Shown piece by piece: positions 20,906-29,031 of a DNA stretch of 64,000 nt (position 1 is the stretch's first letter; every line of letters starts with the position of its first letter). The notes below the pieces were generated by a model. The model saw nothing but the letters and a program-made list of their open reading frames with translations, made no database searches and was not told the DNA's origin. Both the position numbers and the translations under genes were made by a program. The stretch lies in assembly GCA_045863235.1 (NCBI GenBank), contig BTUM01000026.1, positions 1 through 64,000 on the forward strand, in the 5' to 3' direction. Source of the DNA: Candidatus Xenobia bacterium (GTDB lineage Bacteria > Vulcanimicrobiota > Xenobia > Xenobiales > QWHO01).

Positions 20906-21577
20906 ATGCTGGCGGGGGGGACGTTTCGCAGCCTTGGATGGTCGGGCGACCAGTGCCCGATCTGCAAATCCGTCCAGCCCTTCCACTTTCTGGGCGAGCC
21001 GCGTAAGAAAGAGGTCTGGCGCCAGTGCGGCACCTGCGGGGTGCCCATCCAGGTCACCGAGGAGTTACGCGGCAAGCTCTACAACAACCGCCGCGACGCC
21101 GAGCGCAGCGTGCAGACGCTGGCATCCATGGACAACCAGGTGCGCCTGCGCCCACCCGAGGAGAATCGTCTGGGCGCCATTCGCGACGCCTTCCAGCTGC
21201 TGGCCCCCCTGATGCGCATGCGACGACGGCCCCGATGGGACGAGCGCACCCGCCGCAGCGCCTGGATCACCCTGGTGGGCAGCGCGCTGGTGCTGCTGCT
21301 GGCCTCGCAGCTGGCCGCCACCACGGCCAGCAACCTGGTGGTGGCCCTGGTGATCCTCCTGCCCCTGGCGGGAGTCATCGTCACGGTCTACTTCTTTCTC
21401 AATGCCCCTCGCCGCTTTGCCAGCACTCACATCGCGGGGTGGCTGGGCCGGGCCCTGCGCTCCCTCAAGCCGACCTCCCCCGAGATCGACCAGGTGCTGC
21501 AAGAAGGCAAAGCGAGCGGAGAGCCGATCTACCGGCTGGTCACCGTCAAGATGCTGGCCCGCAAGCTCAAAAGGTAA
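20906..21577 (+). CDS. zinc-ribbon membrane protein
   Basis: CPIC...CGTC plus two TM helices. Confidence 0.7.
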   Translation: MLAGGTFRSLGWSGDQCPICKSVQPFHFLGEPRKKEVWRQCGTCGVPIQVTEELRGKLYNNRRDAERSVQTLASMDNQVRLRPPEENRLGAIRDAFQLLAPLMRMRRRPRWDERTRRSAWITLVGSALVLLLASQLAATTASNLVVALVILLPLAGVIVTVYFFLNAPRRFASTHIAGWLGRALRSLKPTSPEIDQVLQEGKASGEPIYRLVTVKMLARKLKR

Positions 21578-21597
21578 GGCCTCGACCTGTTGCCAAA

Positions 21598-21783
21598 TTG
21601 CACTCCTTCGGCGCGGAGCCCCATCTCTGTCCGGGCTCCATCCTGGCCCGTCAAGAGGCGATGCTGGCCCTGAAAGCCCTGCTCGAGCGCTTTCCAAGCC
21701 TGCGGCTCGACCCCGAAGGCCCTTCCTGCTTCATCCATCAAGCCGGAATGCTCGACCCCGGCTCTTTGCCGATTTGTTTCTGA
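21598..21783 (+). pseudogene. cytochrome P450 C-terminal remnant
   Basis: HSFGAEPHLCPGSILARQEAMLALKALLERFPSLRL matches the heme-ligand FGxGxHxCxG-L-helix segment; no upstream P450 body. Confidence 0.75.
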
Positions 21784-21874
21784 GAACTTTCAGGGTGGCT
21801 TGGTAGCCTGGGCTTGACTCGGAAAATGCATGCCATGCGCCGAGGGCGCTGGCAGAAGAGGGAGACCCAACAGC

Positions 21875-24169
21875 ATGAAGGTGCAGCAGTTCCAGATCGG
21901 CGATCTCGCCCTTGATCCCAAGCGCGTCAACGCCCAGACCATCGAGACGCTGGGCAAGCGGGCCAAGGAGCTCTCTGACGTGGAGGGCTCGGGAGATACG
22001 GTCAAGCTGCTGAGGAAATGGTACAAGGAAGGCGAGATCAGCGAAGACGAGTACGCCGCCATCAAGAAGTTCGGCACCGCCGCCAACAAGGTCAAAGGCG
22101 AGCTGAACGACCAGTGGTGGGACGCCAAGAAGGGCTCGGGCGGCGAGGAGAAGATGGCCGAGCTCGACGCCAAGATGCTGCCCTTCCGGGTCTTCCTGCA
22201 TACCCAGTACAGCGTAAGCGACGCCCTGCGCGAGGCCCAGGGGAGAGCCCTGGTGGCCAGCATCGCGGGCGCCTCCTTCGGCCCCATCGGCACGGTGGCC
22301 GCCTATGCCGCCTGGAACGACCTCAAGGGCGATGCCGCCAAGGCGGTCATCGACACCATGAAGGGTCTCGAGTCGGGCGACAGCCCCATGATCGTGCCGG
22401 GCAACAAAGTGCAGCAGGTCCACCAGGAGAAGCTCTGGCCGGCGGTCATGAGCCTGCTCGAAGAGGGCCTGGAAGCGGCCAAGAAGGGCAAGCCGGTGGA
22501 GGTGGACGCTCAGTACTACGAGCTGACCTCGGCCGACGTGCTGGGCAAGATGCGCGAGATCGCCGAGGCCGGCGGCCCCCTGCGCGTCAACCTCGACCCC
22601 GCCTTGCGGCTCACCTACCCCGACGACAAGGGCCAGTTCGACGTGGACGACGTGCCCCACAAGTTCCGCTCCATCCTGCAGCTGACTCAGCTGTGCCAGC
22701 AAGAGCACCTGAACGTGGGTGTGTCCATGTTCCCCGCCTCCAAGCTGCTGGAGGATTCGGGCAACCTGATGCACCGCAAGATCCTGCGGGTGGGCGACAA
22801 GGTGCTCTTCTCAGGCATGAACGCCAACCTGGGCTCGGGCGAGAACGTGGATGCCGGCTACATCGTGGAGGGTCCGGCCGCCCGCCGGTTGACCGAGAAC
22901 CTCAAGCGCGACTGCGAGAACTCGCTGGGCGTGAGCAGCCAGGAGATCTTCGGCGAGAACCACTACAAAGAGTGGGCCGAGGCCCCCATGGTCATGGGCA
23001 CCCGCGGCCTGACAGCCATCCTCGACTGCTTGCAAGGGGTAGAGCCGGCCGGCAAGGAGATGGCCCCCGTCAAGAGCTGGCCCGAGCTCAACGAGCGCTG
23101 CGACAAAGCTGGCGTCGACCTGACCAAGTTCTTCGACATCCCCGAGGAAGAGTTCCTGACCCGCATGCAGGGCCTGCTCGAAGGCGAGAAGCTGCCCCTC
23201 TCGGCCCACGGCAAGGAGATGTGCGGCAAGCTCTTCGAGATGACCATGGATGCCATCAACAACGCCGGCAACCAGAAGCGCGCCGCCGACATCAAGCCAC
23301 CCAAGGGCGACCCGAAGGGCGACACGGTGGTAGCCATCGCCGACCTGCCCGCCGAGCGCGAGGCGATGATGCTGCACGCCATCAGCCAGGCAGAGAAGTT
23401 TGTCTATCTGCCGGGCTTCGTGGTGACGCGCGGCGTGGCCGCCGCCATCGCCGCCCGCGCAGAAGAGCTGAAGGCCCAGGGCAAGACCCTGGACGTCAAG
23501 GTCATCGCCGATCCGGGCGTCTATCCCCGCGGCGACACCCCCAACTCGTGGGGCGTCAAGTTCCTCGAGGACAAGGGCATCGTGCCGCGCTGGGCTCTGC
23601 TCCAGCGCAGTGGCTGGCACGACCGCAAGATCCACGCCAAGCAGCTCATCACCGACAAGCACGAGATGTTCGGCAGCACTAACTTCTCCAAAAAGGGCAT
23701 GCAAGACAACTGGGAGACCTCGGGCCTGGTCACCTTCGACGAGAAGGACCCCGACTCGATCCGCAACCGCGAGGAGTCGGTGCGCGGCTTCCTGCACCTT
23801 TGGGAGAACGAGACCTTCGAGCTCAACTCGATCGACCTGGCCAGCGCCTGGAAGAATCGGGTCAAGACCGAAGACAAGCCGGCCCAGGTCGAGGAAGCGC
23901 GCAACGGCGCCATCAAGAAGATCATCCAGCAGATCGAGCTGGTGGAGGAAGAGAGTGCCCGCTGGATGGAGCGCCAGGCGGCCGACCCCAAAATCGCGAG
24001 CCGCATCGAGGAGCTGAAGGCCGAAGGCTACGCCGAGGGCTACGCCATCTGCGACGGCGTGCGCGACGTGCTGGGCGACGAGAAGTACTATGGAGAGCTG
24101 GCCAAGCTGCCCGAGCGCCAGAAGCTCGAGCAGATGAGGCCCCGCATCCGACCCTCGGCGGAGGAATGA
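21875..24169 (+). CDS. phospholipase D superfamily protein (two HKD-type motifs)
   Basis: HRKILRVGD...GMN and HAKQLITD...GSTNF...N; no signal peptide. Confidence 0.85.
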   Translation: MKVQQFQIGDLALDPKRVNAQTIETLGKRAKELSDVEGSGDTVKLLRKWYKEGEISEDEYAAIKKFGTAANKVKGELNDQWWDAKKGSGGEEKMAELDAKMLPFRVFLHTQYSVSDALREAQGRALVASIAGASFGPIGTVAAYAAWNDLKGDAAKAVIDTMKGLESGDSPMIVPGNKVQQVHQEKLWPAVMSLLEEGLEAAKKGKPVEVDAQYYELTSADVLGKMREIAEAGGPLRVNLDPALRLTYPDDKGQFDVDDVPHKFRSILQLTQLCQQEHLNVGVSMFPASKLLEDSGNLMHRKILRVGDKVLFSGMNANLGSGENVDAGYIVEGPAARRLTENLKRDCENSLGVSSQEIFGENHYKEWAEAPMVMGTRGLTAILDCLQGVEPAGKEMAPVKSWPELNERCDKAGVDLTKFFDIPEEEFLTRMQGLLEGEKLPLSAHGKEMCGKLFEMTMDAINNAGNQKRAADIKPPKGDPKGDTVVAIADLPAEREAMMLHAISQAEKFVYLPGFVVTRGVAAAIAARAEELKAQGKTLDVKVIADPGVYPRGDTPNSWGVKFLEDKGIVPRWALLQRSGWHDRKIHAKQLITDKHEMFGSTNFSKKGMQDNWETSGLVTFDEKDPDSIRNREESVRGFLHLWENETFELNSIDLASAWKNRVKTEDKPAQVEEARNGAIKKIIQQIELVEEESARWMERQAADPKIASRIEELKAEGYAEGYAICDGVRDVLGDEKYYGELAKLPERQKLEQMRPRIRPSAEE

Positions 24170-25314
24170 AACGCCTGCTCATTGCCCTGGCGCTGTTGGT
24201 GGGCGCGGGCTGCTCGGACCTGGCTGTTCAGCCGGGCGCGGTGCAGGCCGCGCCCCCTTCGGTTGTCCAGTTGGGCGCACTCATCAATCAGGACCCGCTG
24301 GGCGACCCGGATACCCAGGTCGCCATCCAACTGGCTCTGGAAGACGTCAACCTCTGGTCGGACACCGACTTCTCGCTGCAGGTGGTGGGCACCGGCTCGG
24401 ACCCCGCGCGGGCCGTGGCCGGACTGGAAGTGCTGCGCCAGGCGGGCGTTCGCCTGGTGGTGGGCCCGGAAACCTCCGACGAGCTTGCCTCCCTGATCGA
24501 GCCAGCCCGGGCGGCCGGCATCACGCTCATCAGTCACTGCTCCACAGCCGGGTCGCTGGCCGTGGCCGGCGACGACGTCTTCCGGCTCGTGCCCACCGAC
24601 GCCAGCCAGATGCGGGTGGTGGCCGAGCGGATGCAAGCGGCGGGGATCACCTCAGTGGCCCTCATGCTCCGTGACGACATCTTTGGCCAGGACCTCTCGG
24701 CCAGCCTCAAGCGCGAGCTGGCGGCCCGGGGCATCACCCTGGCCGGCGAGGTGAGCTATCCGCCCGAAGCGACCGACCTGTCTGCCCAACTGACCGCGCT
24801 CGAGGCCGCCGCAGGCCAGGCGGTGGAGCTGATCGCCTTCGGCACCGATGGAGCCCGGGTGCTCGAGCAGGCGTCCGCCAGACCCGCGCTGCGAGCGGTG
24901 CGCTGGTTCGGCTCGGACGGCACGGCCATCAGCCGCGAGATCGCCACCAACCCGGTGGCGGCCCAGATGGCGGTCGATACGGGCTTTGAGAACCCGGTCT
25001 TCGCCGCCCCTCAGAACAACAAGACCGAGCGGATCACCGCCCGCATCCGGGCCCGCTCGGGGGTGGAGACCCCCCACGTCTGCTCTCTGACGAGCTATGA
25101 CGGGGTGTGGTTGGCGGCCCTGACGGCCCTGGCCCGGCCGGCCGGCCCGAGCGGCCCCGCCCTGATGATCACGGCCGACAACTTCTTCGGCGCCTCCGGC
25201 TGGACCGAGCTCGATGCCAACGGGGACCGCCTCTCCGGCGAGTACCAGATCTTCATGCTGGAGAATACGGGGTCCGGCTTTGAATGGGTCGGCCCGGTGA
25301 GAGTGACGATTTGA
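24166..25314 (+). CDS. ABC-type (LivJ-like, periplasmic binding fold I) substrate-binding lipoprotein
   Basis: Lipobox VGAGC; VVGPETS, FRLVPTD, DDIFGQDL, YDGVWLAA, FFGASGWTELDANGDR. Confidence 0.85.
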   Translation: MKRLLIALALLVGAGCSDLAVQPGAVQAAPPSVVQLGALINQDPLGDPDTQVAIQLALEDVNLWSDTDFSLQVVGTGSDPARAVAGLEVLRQAGVRLVVGPETSDELASLIEPARAAGITLISHCSTAGSLAVAGDDVFRLVPTDASQMRVVAERMQAAGITSVALMLRDDIFGQDLSASLKRELAARGITLAGEVSYPPEATDLSAQLTALEAAAGQAVELIAFGTDGARVLEQASARPALRAVRWFGSDGTAISREIATNPVAAQMAVDTGFENPVFAAPQNNKTERITARIRARSGVETPHVCSLTSYDGVWLAALTALARPAGPSGPALMITADNFFGASGWTELDANGDRLSGEYQIFMLENTGSGFEWVGPVRVTI

Positions 25315-25327
25315 ACGGGAGCAAGTG

Positions 25328-25423
25328 ATGGAAGCGAACTATTTGATCAAGCAGGTGCTGGGCTCGACCGTGGTGATCGGCCTGTTTTTCCTGGTGCTGT
25401 GGTATTTCCGGAAGGCACGATGA
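25328..25423 (+). CDS. 31-aa single-TM small protein (not in the ORF track)
   Basis: MEANYLIKQVLGSTVVIGLFFLVLWYFRKAR; GGGAG upstream; stop overlaps the next start (ATGA). Confidence 0.65.
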   Translation: MEANYLIKQVLGSTVVIGLFFLVLWYFRKAR

Positions 25424-27009
25424 TCTCCGCCGTCCAGCGGCCCTTCTCTGCCCCTGTTGCCAGCGTGGGCGACTTCTATGAGCGCTCCCTGCATCAGCTG
25501 AAGTCCGCTCCCTACGGCGACCAGAGGGACGCGGTGGGAGAGAAGGTCTTGCAGGAGCTGGCCCGGCAGCCTGGTCTGGCCGAGGTGGCCCGCGCCGGCC
25601 AGCGCTGGGGCCTGGCCCAGGACGACTATGCCCTCAAGCAGCTGCTGGAGATGGTCCGCCAGGGCGAGCGCGACCTGCGCAAACTGGCCAGCTCCTGCAC
25701 ACCGTTGATGGCGCCCTTCTCGGTGAAACGACAGCAGCTGGAGGAGTTCGCCTCAGACTCTGAGGTGGGCTGGCTGGGGCGACTGGGCGGCCAGTTGTGC
25801 GATGCCACCAGGAGCGAGAACCTGAAGGAAACGATCTGGAGGGATGCGCTCTGGCAGCCGGCCGATTCCAGCCCGCTCCAATTCGTGTGGCTGCTGAACA
25901 CACATATGAAGTACACCAGCCTGGCCGAGAAGAACGCCATGGCCGAGCCGATCTTCGAAGCCATGCGCGAGCATCCGACGGACCGCTGGGTGGTGGAGGC
26001 ATTGGAAGAGTGGGAGCTGACCCTGGACTGGCCCACTCTCGAAAAGGGGCTCGACTGCTGGAGCAAGGGTCCCGACGACCTGGCCCGCAAGGTGACTCCC
26101 GAGGTGGCCTTTGCGGTGCAACAAAAGCAGCTGGCCCGCCTGCCGGTCGCGCAGGCGGTGCACGCCGCCGTGACGACGCCCGAGAAGAAGAAGGTTGCCT
26201 GGTCGATGGCCCTGAGCGCTACCGAGGAACAATTCGTGAAGCGCTACGTGGGATATCACTACTCCACCAGCCAGGCGGAGGACCAGGCCGTCTTCGAGGC
26301 CGTCCGACCCGTCCTGCAGAACACGATGTCGGGCCAGCTGCTGGAGCGTTGGGGTCTCACCAGCTTGCAGGCCCTGAAACTGGCCGTGAGTCAGCCGCAG
26401 CCTGCGGATACCTGGCAGTTCGCGCTGGGAGCCACCTCGGCCGCCGACAACGTGGCTCAGGAGCGCCAGCTGGCGGAGCTGGACGCCCCTACCGGCAGAC
26501 TGGCCAGCCAGCTCTTTCCCGCCCTGAACTCCGACCAGCGCCATAAAGTCTGGCAACAGGCCGTTCGAGGCCGCGATTCGGACGAGGACCAGGCGCGCAC
26601 CGTGCTGCTGGGCGCCCTGAGCGCGGCCGGGGTGAACGAAGGGCAATCGTTGCCCCTGGTAAGCGCATTCTGGCAAGATTTCGAGTCCACCAGCGAACAG
26701 GTCGCACACGTGCAGAGGCTGCACCGCATTGCGCGGGGGGAAGGGCTTCAGTTTGTTCTGGAGCAGCTGCTCGCTCGCCCCATCATGAGCGACCGGCTGC
26801 GAGAGGACCTGACGGCCCTGCGCGGGCAGGCGGTCGGCTGGGACCAGCTCAAGCCTCTGCTCGAGCGCATGAAGCAGGAAGCCAAAGAAGAGGACTTGAT
26901 TCGCCATATGGCTCGCGAGCGCGATCCAGGCGCGGGAATCAAGGAAGAGCCCGACGCGGTGCGGGTGGGAGGAATTCGTTTGCCCAAGCGAGGGACCGGC
27001 GCGGTCTGA
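25420..27009 (+). CDS. hypothetical helical-repeat protein
   Basis: 530-codon ORF; recurring RWGL/EWEL and QL..L...W..A(L/V) units; C-terminus VRVGGIRLPKR. Confidence 0.75.
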   Translation: MISAVQRPFSAPVASVGDFYERSLHQLKSAPYGDQRDAVGEKVLQELARQPGLAEVARAGQRWGLAQDDYALKQLLEMVRQGERDLRKLASSCTPLMAPFSVKRQQLEEFASDSEVGWLGRLGGQLCDATRSENLKETIWRDALWQPADSSPLQFVWLLNTHMKYTSLAEKNAMAEPIFEAMREHPTDRWVVEALEEWELTLDWPTLEKGLDCWSKGPDDLARKVTPEVAFAVQQKQLARLPVAQAVHAAVTTPEKKKVAWSMALSATEEQFVKRYVGYHYSTSQAEDQAVFEAVRPVLQNTMSGQLLERWGLTSLQALKLAVSQPQPADTWQFALGATSAADNVAQERQLAELDAPTGRLASQLFPALNSDQRHKVWQQAVRGRDSDEDQARTVLLGALSAAGVNEGQSLPLVSAFWQDFESTSEQVAHVQRLHRIARGEGLQFVLEQLLARPIMSDRLREDLTALRGQAVGWDQLKPLLERMKQEAKEEDLIRHMARERDPGAGIKEEPDAVRVGGIRLPKRGTGAV

Positions 27010-27028
27010 AGCGAACCAAGGCCGGACT

Positions 27029-27847
27029 ATGCCCTGGGTTGTTTGCGTTCTGGAAGATGATGCCGACATGCGTGAGGTTCTCGCTGACGTACTCGAGCAA
27101 GACGACCTCTACTCGGTGCATGCCGCCCCCTCGCCCGGACGGGCCCTGCAGTTGGCCGAGAAGCTACAGTTCGACCTGGTGGTGGCCGACGTGCGCATGG
27201 CTGAGATGGATGGCATCGAGTGCCTGGCCGAGCTGCGCAAGAACCAGCCTCACCTGCGCAGCATCGTGATGACCGGCTACGCGTCCGAGGATGCCCCGGG
27301 CCGGGCCATTCAGGTGGAGGCGGAAGACTATCTCTACAAGCCGTTTCGGCTGAACGAGTTCCTCACCACCGTGCGCCAGGTGCTGGAAACCAAGAAGCAG
27401 CAAGCCATGTACGCCGGCCTGCTGTCAGCCTACCACCGCTCCCGCAAGCGGCCCACCCAGGCCGACTCGCCTGAGGCCTGGCGCGACCGTGTCTTCCGTG
27501 CCTTTTACGTGGGAGTGCGCTCGGGCTGGCTGGAACTGCCGGCGGCCCTGGAGGCTTGGGATCGGCTCGAGCGCCTTGAGTCTTCCGGCGATGACTTCAC
27601 CGGGGCCAGCTCGGCCGGCTATCAGAAGCTGCTCGACCTGGTGCTTCAACCCGAGAAGCTGCTGGCCAGCCCCTTCCGGCCCGATCGCGCAACCGCTAAA
27701 GAGTTCGAGACATTCTTCAGGCGGGTCAAGCAGGGCCAGATTCCCCCCGAGCTGATCAAGCTAGGGCCGCTGCTGCGCAAGCTCGACAGCGTTTCCTTGC
27801 GCGAGTTCCCGGATTTGAAGGGCCTCTACGACCAGACCTGGGGCTAA
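27029..27847 (+). CDS. response regulator (REC plus unknown output domain)
   Basis: VLEDD, VVADVRMAEMDG, MTGY, YLYKPF. Confidence 0.9.
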   Translation: MPWVVCVLEDDADMREVLADVLEQDDLYSVHAAPSPGRALQLAEKLQFDLVVADVRMAEMDGIECLAELRKNQPHLRSIVMTGYASEDAPGRAIQVEAEDYLYKPFRLNEFLTTVRQVLETKKQQAMYAGLLSAYHRSRKRPTQADSPEAWRDRVFRAFYVGVRSGWLELPAALEAWDRLERLESSGDDFTGASSAGYQKLLDLVLQPEKLLASPFRPDRATAKEFETFFRRVKQGQIPPELIKLGPLLRKLDSVSLREFPDLKGLYDQTWG

Positions 27848-27891
27848 CCGGGGAGTGGACCTTCCGGCCGCGCGACCCCCACAACCTTGTG

Positions 27892-28266
27892 CTACACTTG
27901 CACCACGAGCTCGGGTTTGCCCATTGCCCGCGCCACCGCGTTGAAGACTGCCGCGTCGTCGTGGAAGCCGCCCGGAGTGAAGTCGGGCTCCTCATCGTCC
28001 ATGTTGACGTAGTAGGACACCGCCGCCAGCACCCAGCTGCGCTGGGGCTCTTCCTTGAGGGGGAGCTCCAGCAGGCTCAGCAAGCCCTGGCCGATGCCCA
28101 CGGCCACGTCCTCGTCGAACTCGGTGGTGCGGGCCGTCTTGGCGATGCGCGAAAGGTGCACCTTGACACCCAGCCGCAGCTCCTCCGGAGTGCGGGTCAT
28201 GCCCAGATTCAAAATTTCGACGAACGGGGCTTTGTAGGCCTCGGGAAAATCGGCGGGAAGCTGCAT
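27892..28266 (-). CDS. YkvA/DUF1232-like protein
   Basis: AAVSYYVNMDDEEPDFTPGGFHDDAAV resembles the Y...P.D..PD...G..DD motif. Confidence 0.6.
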   Translation of the reverse strand: MQLPADFPEAYKAPFVEILNLGMTRTPEELRLGVKVHLSRIAKTARTTEFDEDVAVGIGQGLLSLLELPLKEEPQRSWVLAAVSYYVNMDDEEPDFTPGGFHDDAAVFNAVARAMGKPELVVQV

Positions 28267-28288
28267 GTCAGGCTGTTTGCTTTGCACC

Positions 28289-29014
28289 TCAACTTTCCCT
28301 GTCGGGTAGTTTCCAGCTTTCCCGATAGCGCTCATACTCGCTCTGAGGCAGCTGGATCAGCACCGGCTGGGCATCTTTGCGCAGCCACTCGGCCAGGGAC
28401 CGCATGTAAGTGGGCGTGGTGGCGGTGCAGCCGGCAGTGCCCGTGTTGGGGCCCATCCAGATGTGCATGAAGATGCACGAGCCGGCTCCCTTCACGGGGG
28501 GCGAGGTGTTGTGCTCGACCACGATGCCGATCTTGTAGTCGGGGATGAGCATGCGCTCGGCGCTCTTCCAGTCTTTCACGATGCCCGGCCCGGGTTGGAC
28601 GATCTGGTTGTAGTAGCGCGACTCCGGGTCATCCACCCCGGCCGTGTCCGAGCGCATCTCCTGGTAGGGCAGGGTGCCCGGCCCGAACTGCTGGCGCGAG
28701 CCAAACATGCGCCTGAGGGCGAAGATGCCGGCGGGAGCGCAGCCGTCCCCCTCGCGCTTGATGCGAGCACGGTTGGCTTCGACAGGGTGCAGTCCCCGTC
28801 CCCAGGCCATGCCTTTGTCGCCGACCACCACGGGCATGGGTGAGCCCACCTGACGCCACGCGCCCGATTCGGTGCGCTCCCAGCGGGTGAGAGTGGCCTG
28901 CACCGAATCCCAGGCAGGGCTGACCACCAGCAGGGCCTGCCTGGCTTTCTCCAGGTCGGGAAGCTGCGCCAGCCCGGGCAGGGCCAGGCAGAGCAGGAGC
29001 AACAGATTGCGCAT
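28289..29014 (-). CDS. L,D-transpeptidase (YkuD-like) family exported protein
   Basis: Signal peptide; KREGDGCAPAG, SRYYN, GSCIFMHIW...TAGC. Confidence 0.85.
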   Translation of the reverse strand: MRNLLLLLCLALPGLAQLPDLEKARQALLVVSPAWDSVQATLTRWERTESGAWRQVGSPMPVVVGDKGMAWGRGLHPVEANRARIKREGDGCAPAGIFALRRMFGSRQQFGPGTLPYQEMRSDTAGVDDPESRYYNQIVQPGPGIVKDWKSAERMLIPDYKIGIVVEHNTSPPVKGAGSCIFMHIWMGPNTGTAGCTATTPTYMRSLAEWLRKDAQPVLIQLPQSEYERYRESWKLPDRES

Positions 29015-29031
29015 GGCTGCCTGGTTCGAGG

